A stretch of DNA of 64,000 bases from the human T2T-CHM13v2.0 reference genome, Homo sapiens, in NCBI RefSeq assembly GCF_009914755.1, contig NC_060947.1; one strand, given 5' to 3'. This document shows positions 13,221 to 23,719 of the stretch, piece after piece. The notes beneath the pieces are model-generated. The model did no database searches. It was not told the origin of the DNA and was given only the letters and a program-made list of their open reading frames with translations. The position numbers were made by a program, and so were the translations under genes. The stretch's first letter is position 1. Each line of letters opens with the position of its first letter.

Positions 13221-14748
13221 CCTAGTCTTCCTGAGTTGCATTCTCCTGCCTTTTTTGGTTTGTTTGTTTCAGCCTAAGACAATTCCTCTTAAGGTGTCCC
13301 AGTCTTTTACAGTAGTAACAGACTGGGAGGGAGGAGTCCTCAAACCGAGGGAGCTTAAAATATTTCTGTGGCTGAGAGGTTTGAGAAGTTACTTACTTTA
13401 GCTGTAAGTGCATAACTTGGGCAATCTTCTGTTTTTCCTTTTTATCATAGTGCAGGATAATTGGTAAGCTATGTAAACTTGTTCATTAGTTCTGGCCTTG
13501 GCCCAATTTGTCATGTGACATTAGAGAAGGGAGACTAAATCATCCTCTAGTCCATGTAATAAATTTGCATTTAATTATATATCATTTTAATTTTTTTCAA
13601 AGCAATCCACTGACATCCCACAATATTGTCTTAAAGTTTTATCAAAATGTGTGAAATAATCTAAAACTGATTCACTTGGGTTCTGTTGGCATTGTTGGAC
13701 TTGATTCCAATCCACAACCATTTGCAACACTGAAGGAATGATATTTAACAGAGGAGTTGCTCATTTTCGTGCCTCTTTGTGCCTATCTTCTGGATTTTGG
13801 AGGGCTGATTGTTGTGACTTTATTGTTCCTTCAGGGGTCAAATCCGCTATAGGGTCTGGCCACTGTGCTTTTCCCAGCCATTCCTTGGTTTTGCTTCTGA
13901 GACCAACATGTGGACTAGCTCATAAAGATCTAAATGACATTGGTCATAGGTTCTGATGATGAGCTCACTTTCTCAGGCAAACCCAATTGGATCTTTATGG
14001 GGATCAGGACATTTTTTTAACTATGCCTTGCAACTCAGCCTTTGACCAGGTTTGGTGGACAATCACTGGGGTTCCCCTACCTATTACTAGTTGTTCCTGA
14101 AATGGGGTGATCATGAGAGATGTCCCTGCAGGGTCATCCTTTTCCACACCTTTCAGATGAGAGGCTACCACTGGGGCTGTCAGAAAATCATCAGGGGGTA
14201 GGTCTTTGAAGTAAGACTACTTACTTCCTTCTGTTGAGTGAGTGGTAGACATGCAGGAGAAGGAAGGGCAGATCTTGTCTGGGAAGTTCAGAGAGGTCAG
14301 GGTAGAGTGGGGTTGTAGGTGGAGGTGGGGGAGGTGCAAAGGGGGAAGTAAGGGATTCCCAGGATTTCTTTAAGATAGATAAAAGAAAGTTCTTGATTAG
14401 CATTTCTAAGTTCTTTACTGGCATTCTGTAAGGGAGATGAGGCAGTCTTCCCTCCTTTTGCTACTCTCCAGATACCACTGAAAGTAGCTCTCCCATTTTG
14501 GTTGTTTAGTTTTTGTGCCTGCATTTTCCATCCTCATTCACCAGTACACTAATTTGGGCAGCTCAAAAAATCCCCATTTAGGACATTGTAACTTAGAATC
14601 TGCTTTAGTTACAGTGGTTCACCTGTTTAAATATTTGTATGATGATTCACCGTAAGTATTTTGCATATACCTGGACAGTTTCTAAAGGGGGAATTTCATG
14701 TTCCACAGCTGCTGGGGTTTTAGCTAACTAACTTGCCTCATTTCCCAT
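13221..14748 (-). pseudogene. gag: ERV gag remnant
   Basis: Starts MGNEAS (myristoylation-like) at 14748; PPPPPPTTPLYPDL late-domain region; intact zinc knuckle CYYCKRLGHLKRNC (about 13280-13322); TAG before pro. Confidence 0.85.
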
Positions 14749-15163
14749 AATTTAGAGTTCCCTTTTGGATTTGATCAAATCAGGACGTGTGTCGGACCCG
14801 AAATGTGTGGCTTGCAGACCTAGTTTTTCATGGACGTTACTCCCTGAACCGGTTTGGTCCACCCGTGTCACAGCTACCTGGCACTGTGTCAGGGGCTCAA
14901 GGTGCGGGAGGGGTCAGCGCCTTATATGCACCTGCTGGCTTAGATTAGAACCTAAGTATGCTCTCCTGAGGGGAAAGCTTATGTAGAGCTGCTGCACATC
15001 TTAGGGAGAGTTCCACCCAGTCACCCTCATGTGATTCTCAGTCACCTGAGAATGCCCCGAAAGGCTGAGGGGAGCAAGGTGCTCTTATTTATTTGGTGTG
15101 AAAGATTCCATACTCATGAGATAGAGGGTTCAGATTTGGTCAAATCCAAAAGGGGAAAGTACC

Positions 15164-15166
<3 letters not shown>

Positions 15167-15212
<46 letters not shown>
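15167..15212. repeat. (CA)n microsatellite in the ERV leader
   Basis: Direct reading of the sequence. Confidence 0.97.
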
Positions 15213-15214
<2 letters not shown>

Positions 15215-15481
15215 CAACAAGGCAGGAACAAACAGCAAAACAGTTAAGCAAAACTAACAATTATCACACAAATTATATGATTTCTGAGTGCTCTAAGTGT
15301 AAGCAGGAATTACCACAAGCTGGTTGTTAATGCTAATTTTAGTCATTTAAAAGAACTTTCAAGACAGAATCCCAAACCAGTTTCTTACCTAGTAATGGTG
15401 GCTCAAGGTTAAGATGGCTCTCCACCTTTGCAGATGCAGATGGGCTCACTTTTCTTGATGGAAGCAAGTGAAAATTCCCTC

Positions 15482-16260
15482 TGTTACCGGGGGTTCTTGC
15501 TCCCAGAGCTCCCAAGATGGTGGCGGGCCGCTTCCAAAAAGGTGGCGGGCTGCTTCCAAGATGGTGGCAAGCCTCATGTTCTCTGATCTGGGGTTCTTGG
15601 CCTCACGGATTCCAAGGAATGGAATCTTGGGCCATGCGATGAGTGTTATCGCTCTATTAGATGCCGTGGGTCATGGAAGAGAACCATGGAACCCAGTGAC
15701 TAGTGTTCAGCTTGATTAGGACAAACCCAGGCACTTAGCCATGCAGGAACAACAGCAAGCCTCCAGCCTGATCAGGAGCGGCAATGGGCGCCTCCCTGGA
15801 TCAGGAGCACAGCGGACACCCTGCCATATCCGGAGGGATGGAAGTCAGCGGCGGGTCTGCGATGACTGCAAACAGCAGTGGTGGAAGGCAAGTAGAAGCT
15901 CAGCTTGAGCCCTAACAAACACGGACCAGAAGAGTGCAGTTGCAAGATTTAATAGAGTGAAAACAGAGCTCCCATACAAAGGGAGGGGACCCAAAGAGGG
16001 TAGCCATTGCCGGCTTGAATGCCTGGGTTTATATCCCGATCATTGTCCCTCCGGTTGTGCTCTCAGGCAATAGATGATTGGCTATTTCTTTACCTCCTGT
16101 TTTTGCCTAATCAGCATTTTAGTGATCTCTCTTTCCTACCTGATTGGTCGGGTGTGAGCTAAGTTGCAAGCCCCATGTTTAAAGGTGGATGTGGTCACCT
16201 TCCCAGCTAGGCTTAGGGATTCTTAGTCGGCCTAGGAAATCCAGCTAGTCCTGTCTCTCA
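15482..16260 (-). mobile_element. Solo LTR17 (HERV-W LTR), complete U3-R-U5
   Basis: Minus strand begins TGAGAGACAGGACTAGCTGGATTTCCTAGG and ends GGTAACA; 4-bp flanks cctc/actc (TSD with one mismatch). Confidence 0.95.
15948..16150 (-). promoter_or_regulatory. LTR17 core promoter and polyA signal
   Basis: Two CCAAT boxes (attgg on + near 16077 and 16143), TATAAA at 16028-16033, ATTAAA at 15948-15953; activity unknown. Confidence 0.7.
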
Positions 16261-16457
16261 ACTCAAGAAAGAGGCTTTTTAACAGGAAATAAGCCTCAGA
16301 CTCTCCAACTAAAAAAATGTTGGGAGATCAGAGATCCCTGGAGAAAAGAGGTCCTGGACTTCAGCAAATCATTCTATCAGTTTGGGCTATAAGGTTCCCA
16401 CGTCAGTACCAAGCACTGAGAGGAGAGCCACTTCAGGCCGGGTCACCATCACTCAGG

Positions 16458-16475
16458 ATCTCATCGTGGTTACCA
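16458..16475 (-). other. Primer binding site of the MER4A-LTR provirus
   Basis: TGGTAACCACGATGAGAT 2 nt after the 5' LTR; resembles Arg- or Trp-type PBS, tRNA identity uncertain. Confidence 0.7.
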
Positions 16476-16477
16476 GA

Positions 16478-17104
16478 TATCAATCATGAAAAATGACAAG
16501 ACAAGTCTCAAGCATTTTAGGATGCTTATTTGCCAAAGTTAAGGATCTGCACCCAGGAGACAGGTCTATGCACTTAAAGATGATTTTGAGGGCTCCAAAT
16601 TTGAAGGGTAAAGGGCGGGATATTGAGAAGTACACAATTTTCATGTAAGAGAATGGTAGGGAAAAATAGTCATTCATGCCTTTGTCTGGTTCAGTGAATG
16701 TGCTTTTTTTTATTTTTTTACGTAAGGTAACATAGAAAAATACAGCAAGGGAAAATGCAGGGAATTTGCATTTTACATAAGATAACATAGACAAAATGGG
16801 GCAGGGGAACAATCAGATATGCATTTGTGTCTGGTGGGCCAAAGGTGACTGCACCTGTAAAGATAAGCTATCAATTTTCATTTCCATGATGAAATTTTAA
16901 CAGAAACACCTTAACAGATCTTGAAGCTCACTAGGAATTTCATTGAGGGCAAAATATAGGGGAGGCATGTAGCTTTTCATCTTGTGGCCATCATCTTATT
17001 TAGGAACCAAAAAGGGGAGGCAGGTTTGTGTGACCCAGTTCCCAGCTTCTGTTTTCCCTTTGGCTAAATGAGTTTGTGGTCCCAAAATTGAATTTCCTTT
17101 CACA
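16478..17104 (-). mobile_element. 5' LTR (MER4A-like)
   Basis: Minus strand starts TGTGAAAGGAAATTCAATTTTGGGACC; direct repeat of 6928-7544. Confidence 0.9.
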
Positions 17105-17108
17105 GAGG

Positions 17109-19585
17109 ACATACAATACTCTGATCATTGGATTTACTTGAGCTTTTGACTTGGTTCTTTCTCATCTCTGTATGTTGGTGCTCCTTTAACTGCAGTGCAG
17201 ATTTAGTACAGTCAATCAACTTCTTTTCTGGATGTTTTCACAGGGCCAAGGCTTTGCCCAGTGTCTTTATTTGAAGCTGACTTCTTGCCTCTAGTTTTGA
17301 AGGTGGGTATGTTAGTGAGGTATTTTTGGTGTTGATGGTTTGGGATGTGATCCAGTAGGTGGCACTTAGGCTTATTGGTCAGTTGGTAGACTCTTGATCA
17401 GTTGTGTGGCTCCCTTACGTTTTCTCACAGTTGTGGCCATGTTCCCACTGATGTTCTGAAAGTGTGAGTTTCTCTCCCCCTTGAATGCTGGCTCTAGATC
17501 ATAGCTTCGCATTCCTGAACTGCCCACTGCAATTCTGGGATGATGTCAGTGTTTATGTTCCTTCCTCAACTTGGAGGCAGCAGAAGAAGGGACCTTAGTA
17601 GTGGTTGTGGCCAAGGGTATTTTGCTTGTCTCCTGGGGGCTCCAACTCAAAAAGATGCAGGATAACAATCACTTAGTGAAATCATCCCAAGATTGAGAGT
17701 CTGTGCTGTGTGGCCAAGTTAGGGATTCCCTGTCTGATGACGAGCAGTGTGGGGTGTGTGTGATTTATGAGAGATGGCCTGGTCTCCTTTACATGGGTCA
17801 ACTGAAGCTTATTGGAGGTGTAGACAGGGCACTTTAGGTCTTTGCTTTTTTGTTAGTCCAAGCACAGCAAGGGCAGTTCCACTGCAGAGGAAGTTGCAGG
17901 GAGGCTTTCAGCTACCTTGAGAGGCTCTGTCCAGGGAGTTGCCAAGTTGCTATTGGCTCAATAGCTCTGCCAGGGGGTGACTAGAGGCCCCGGAAGACAT
18001 GCCTGGTGAGGAGACATTGGAATGAGCACCCATGTAAGTCTAGCCCTTCTTTTGTAGGTCTGCTGTGGTATGCTGAAGACTCACTCCAGTCCCTAGTCAT
18101 CTCAGATTTTCCAGTACCTGGAAGTATCTCCAGTGAAGGCTATGAAACAGCAAAGATGACATCTTGACCCTCCCTCTGGGAGCTTCATTCCAGGAAGTTG
18201 TGCACCTGCTGCTGGCCCAAATGCACAGTAGGAAGTGGCTAGAGACCCTGGTTGGGAGGTCCTGCCCTGTAAGGAGTAATGGAATTAGGGACCTGCTTTA
18301 AAAACAGTCTGGTCATGTTTTCTTAGAGTAGTTGTACCGTGTAGGGTGTCAGCTTCAGGTCTCCGTAACATTAAACATTCCAAAGCCCCAAAACTGGAAT
18401 GTCTAAGCCATCCAAACAGCAAAGAGAGTGGCCCCCTCCTCCCTCTGGGAGCTCCATCCAAAGGAGGTTGGAAACCTCTTTAAGCCAGAGAACACTAGCG
18501 GGAATAGCTGGAGACCTGGTTGGGAGGATCTGCCAGTGGTGAGAAATGGAATCAGGGAGGCACTTTAAAAAGCAGCCTGGCCATATTTTTTGCTGGGCAG
18601 CTGTGCTATGCTGGGGGACAGCCTCCATCCCTAGTCAGCTCAGACTGTCCATAGCCTAAAGGCTTGAATGGCTATGTTGCCAAAACAGCAATGATAGAAG
18701 CTCACTTCTCCCTCTGGGAGCTTGGGAGCTCCGTGAGAGGGAGATTTCAAATCTCTCTTCACTGTGGAAAACCGGTGGAGGTGGCTGGGTGGCTGGAGGC
18801 TTCTGTTGGGAGGTCCCACTCAGTGAGGAGGAAAGATATTGAGAACCCACTTTAAAAAGCAGTCTGGCCACATTTTTGTAGAGTAGCTGTGCTGTGCTGG
18901 GGGATCCCTTCTACCCGCTGTCATCTTGGAATCTTCAAAGCTCATAGGCTGGAGTTGCTAAGTCATCTAAACAGCAAAAATGGTGACCAGCCACTCCCTC
19001 TGGGAACTCTTTCTCGGGGAGGTGCAACACTGCTAATGGTAGCTGGCTGGAATTCCAAGCCACTGTGTCTTATCGTGCGAGGTGCCATAGAATTGTGGCC
19101 TGCAGACTGTCTCTGGGCAGCCTTCTGGATTCAGAGTCTTTACCAGGGGTCTATATAAGGATATAACCTCCCACTTTGCCGGAGATGCATCTACTTTTGC
19201 CAGGAAGCCTAGAAAGCCCAAGTATCCAGGGTTCCTGGTCTCTGTGTGTGCCCAAATGGCTTCTCTGCTGAGACTCTATGTATTTCTGTCTGTCAGACTG
19301 AAGGCCCCAGTGGAGTGGGTTCATGAGGGGTGCTCCTGACCCAAAAGTTGCAAAGATTCATGGGAGAAGTGTAGGACCCTAGGGTCACACATTCATTCAC
19401 CACTTTTCTGGGCAGGGGGTGATCCCCTGGCTCTCTGTTGCTCCCAGATGGGCCATCGTCTTGCCTTGCTTTTCTTCATACTCTGGGTCAAGTTGGTTTT
19501 CTTGATTAGGCCCAGTGTGAGTACCTGGATGCTTCAGTTGAAGGTGCTGTATTTACTCACCCCTTCCCATTCCTTTACTGCACAA
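17109..19585 (-). mobile_element. 5' part (ORF1 start and long 5'UTR) of the same old L1PA
   Basis: Resumes after the TSD; homologous in reverse to 55975-56760; 5' terminal motif GAGTAAATACAGCACCTTCAACTGAA on - strand. Confidence 0.8.
18145..19010 (-). repeat. Diverged tandem array of about 270-285 bp units in the L1 5'UTR
   Basis: aaacagcaa...tccctctggga recurs at about 18145, 18414, 18683, 18969; aaagcagtctggcc-like motif at about 18301, 18570, 18855. Confidence 0.8.
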
Positions 19586-19586
19586 G

Positions 19587-19856
19587 TGGTAACCAAAAAA
19601 AAAAAGGAAAGATGGAGCCTCCATGTTGGTTATGCCTGGCCCCCAGGTAGCCCTTTGCTATTGGCACAGCTGCTGGCATTTGCCTGTGCAAGGTTCCAGC
19701 ATGCTTATCTATGTTTGCAGCTTGATTTTTTTTAGGCTGTTCTTTGTTAGAAAGTAAGTTACTTTGGGGACAGCTTTTTGTTAGAAGGAAAGCCTTGCTG
19801 ATGACTCTGTTGCCATCACTATATGCCTAAATAATTTCTTTCTAGCTCCTGTATCA
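19587..19856 (-). mobile_element. Truncated ERV1 LTR (MER61/LTR20/LTR25 group), 5' about 270 bp only
   Basis: Minus strand starts TGATACAGGAGCTAGAAAGAAATTATTTAGGC and includes ACATGGAGGCTCCATCTT. Confidence 0.7.
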
Positions 19857-22800
19857 CTACCACAAGAGCTGGAAACCACCTGCGTGTGCCATCTGCAGGC
19901 TTGGTGACTAGCCTCCCAGACCACTGCAGCTACTGTTAACACCAATGCATACTGACTGGGAGCCATAGGACTGTTTTGTCATTGCTACCACCATCATCTA
20001 TGCCATAACCACTGTCCAGAGGCCTGAGGACCCATCAACAAGCCTCACCTACCACTGACACTACTAGAACCCAAGCAAGTTGACTGGAGGCTTAAGAATA
20101 GGCTGGCCCAGACCCACTAACACCAGTGCCAATGTATACCTCTCTGGTGCCCAGAACAGGCATGCCTGTCCTGCTGCTGCCACCATTGGGAACCTAAGAT
20201 AAGCCCACATAATGTCCCTATCCCTAGCAAAACGTTAACACAGCCTCTACTAACAACAAGCACTTAAGCAACTGAGGAAGTCAGACACAGCTCATGCTAT
20301 TTACAGCCCCCCAAAGTCATATAAGGATTACACTACTGCATACACCCAGAATCAAAGCTAAAGTGCCTTATCCAGCCAATATCATAGATACATCTTCAGG
20401 AAAAAGTCCACCTCTACAAAATCCAATTCAAAAAAAATTGAAGAAGTTACTGTTAAAACAGATGTGCAGATATTAATATAAGAAAATAAGGAACATAAAA
20501 AGGAAATGTGATGCCTACAAAGAAACACAATAGTTGTTTAGCAACACATTTTATTTAAAAAGATTTATGAAATCTCAAATAAATAATTCAAAATAATGAT
20601 ATTAAAAAGCTTAGCAAAACACAAAATTATTTTGAAAAATAGTACAAAAAATCAGAAAAAAATTAGAGGCTATGAATTTAAAATTTACCAGAGATAATTG
20701 TAATTAAAAAAAGAAAATTGTGGAACTGAAGAATTATTATTGAATAAATTATAAAATAAATTTTAACATTTCAACAATACACTAGATCAAGCAGAAAAGG
20801 TAATTTCAAAAATACAGCACATTTGAAATAACCCAGTCAGAAAAAAAATACAGAAAAGAAAAGAATGAATGAAGCCTTTATGAGAAATGAGACACAACAA
20901 AGAAATCAAATTTAAATAATTTTAGTGTCCCAGAAAACAAAAAGTAAATGAAAGATTTGTAGAACCCACTTAATAAAATTATAGCTGAAAAGTTTCAATG
21001 TCTAGCAAGAGACTTACATATGAGGATATAGAAAGCTCAGAGATTCCCAAATAGAAAATATTTCAAAAGATCTTCTCCATGGCACATTATAATTAAACTG
21101 TCAAAAGTCCAAGAAATAGAGATAACTCTAAAAACATCAAGAGATAAGCATCTAGTCACTATAAAAGAAACCCCCTTCAAAATAACAACGGATTTTTTCA
21201 GCACAAACCTTACAGGCCAGGGGAGAAGGGGATGATATATTTAAAGTGTTTTTAAAAAATACTCCCAGCCAAGGATATTATACCCAACAAAGTTATCCTT
21301 CATAAATGAAAGAGAAATAAAGGTTTTTCCAGAAAAACAAAAGCTGAAAGAATTTATTTACCATTAGGCCAGCCATACGAGAAATGCTTAAGAAGGCCCA
21401 TGTGGAAGTAAAAGAATGATATGTTCAATTATGAAAATACACAAAAGTATAAAACCCACTGGTAGATTTAACACACAAGTGAGGAAGAGAAAGAACTAAA
21501 ATGTTATAATTAAAGAAAACCACCAAATGGCAATGATAAACAATAAAAGAGATGAGGAAGATAAAAGAATATACAAAAATATCAGAAATTAATATTATGA
21601 CAGGAATATGCCCTCAGGTATAAATAATAATTTAAATATAAACAGATTAAACTCTCCATTAAAAGATATGGACTGATTAAATAAATTTTTTAAAGCATAA
21701 CCCACTTACATGTTGTCCACAAGAAACTCATCTCATGGATAAAGATACATAGAGACTTAAAGTTAAAAAAATGGAAAAAGATAGTCCATGCAAACAGAAA
21801 CGAAAAATGAGCAGGGGCAGCTCTAATTATATTTAATAAAATAGATCTTAAGTTAAAAACACTAGAAAAGAGACAAAGAAGGTCATTATATAATAAATGG
21901 GTCTATTCAGTGGGAAGATAATAACAGTTCTAAACTTATACAAAAGCAACACTACAGCACTCATTATATAAAGCAAACATTATTAAATCAAAAGGGGGAA
22001 ATAGACTCCAACACAATAATAGTTGGGGACTTCAATACGCCCTCTCAGCACAAGCTCAATTATTTAGACAGAAAATTAACAAAGAAACTTGCATTTAAAC
22101 TGCACTTTAGCCCAAATGAACCTAAAAGATATTTATAGGACATTTTATCTAACAGCTACAGAATACACATTCTTATCAGCACATGTAGCATTCTGCATGA
22201 TAAATCACATATTATGACATAAACAAGTTTTAAACTTTTTAAAAAGTCATAATCATGTCAATTTTTTTTCAGAGCACAATGGAATAAAACTAGAAATAAA
22301 TAACCAGGAACTTTGGAAACTGTATAAATACAGTTAACATTTCATTTAACAAAAATTATATAACATGCTAATGAATGATTATGGGTCAAGAAAGAGATTA
22401 AAAAGAAAATTTTTAAAATTATTGACAAGAATGAAAATTTAAACTTAACATACCCTAACCTATGGGATACCACAGAAAAAATGCTAAAATGAAGTTTATA
22501 TCAATAAAAGCCTACATAGAAAAAGTAGAAACATTTTAAATAAGCAATGTAATTATGCAGCTAAAAGAACTAGAAAAGCAAATTAAAAAAAATACTTCTT
22601 AAATAAAAAATAAATGATAAAGATCAAAGTAAAACTAAACAAAATATAAACTAAAGTATACAAAGCATCAACAAAATGAAAAAATTTGAAAATTAAATAA
22701 AACCAAAAAACCACTAGCTATACTAAGAAAATAAAAAGACCCAAATACATAAAATCAGAAATAGAAAATGATAAATTAAATCTAAAATCACAGAAACAAA

Positions 22801-23255
22801 AGATCTTCAGATACTGTTATGAACAAACATACACTGACAACCTAAAAAATCTAGAAGAAACATAAATTTCTGGACACATACAGCCTACAAAGGTAGAATT
22901 AAAAAAAATAGAAAACCCGAACAGACCAGTAACAAGTAATGAGTTTGAACAGGTAACAAAAAGGCTCCCAACAACAAAAAAGGCCACAGCCAAATGGTTT
23001 CACTGCTGAAGACTCCCAAATTTACAAAGAAGAACTAACACCAGTTCCCTTCAAATGATTTCAAAACATTGAAATAAGAGAATTCTCCCTAACCCATTCA
23101 TAAAAACAACGTAACCCTGATACTAAAACCAGAAAAGAAAGTAACAAGAACAACAATAAAATCTATAGAAAAATACTTATGATAAACAAATATGCAACAA
23201 TCTTTAACAAAATACTACCAAGGAATCCCAAACTATATCAAAAACATAATACATA
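19857..23255 (+). mobile_element. Old L1M/L1MA fragment: 5'UTR part, ORF1, 5' half of ORF2; 3'-truncated
   Basis: A-rich sense L1; ORF1 motif gaaaccttacaggccagg-like at about 21205; endonuclease gttggggacttcaatac at about 22022. Confidence 0.8.
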
Positions 23256-23719
23256 GCTGAAAATTACTGTAATGTAAGAATTATGAAAATTTACAAGTCT
23301 CCAAATGATACTCAAACTCTTAAGTGTTATGCTTTTTAGATAGTATGTTATCTGTTTGGAGGTAATTTTTCATTATTCTTAGGCATAATTTTGTGCTCAT
23401 ACTTGAAGTTATACTAAATTCTGTTTTGTAAATACAGTAGTTGCATTGTAGCTGGGAGTTGCTTTTAACTTGAAATCTGGACCTGATACAGTTTCAATAA
23501 TTTTAACAAATATTACTTTAAAAATATTTAACTTATTTATCGAGAAATTTTATTTTAATTTGCCCACTTATTTACCCCCTCAACAGATTTAGGTTGTTCT
23601 TATCTATACTCTATGAGTATATCAATTATAGAATGTGTCATAATTATTGCAACATTTTGTTTACATTCTTGTTTCTTTGACTATACTGAAAACTTTTTTA
23701 CATATATAGTTTCTTTAAA

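Larger units (their letters stand above)
6928..17104 (-). mobile_element. Class I ERV provirus with two MER4A-type LTRs and decayed gag-pro-pol-env
   Basis: Two direct LTR copies; TSD gagg at 6924-6927 and 17105-17108; the interrupted L1 resumes on both sides; PBS, PPT and retroviral protein motifs in the expected order. Confidence 0.92.
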
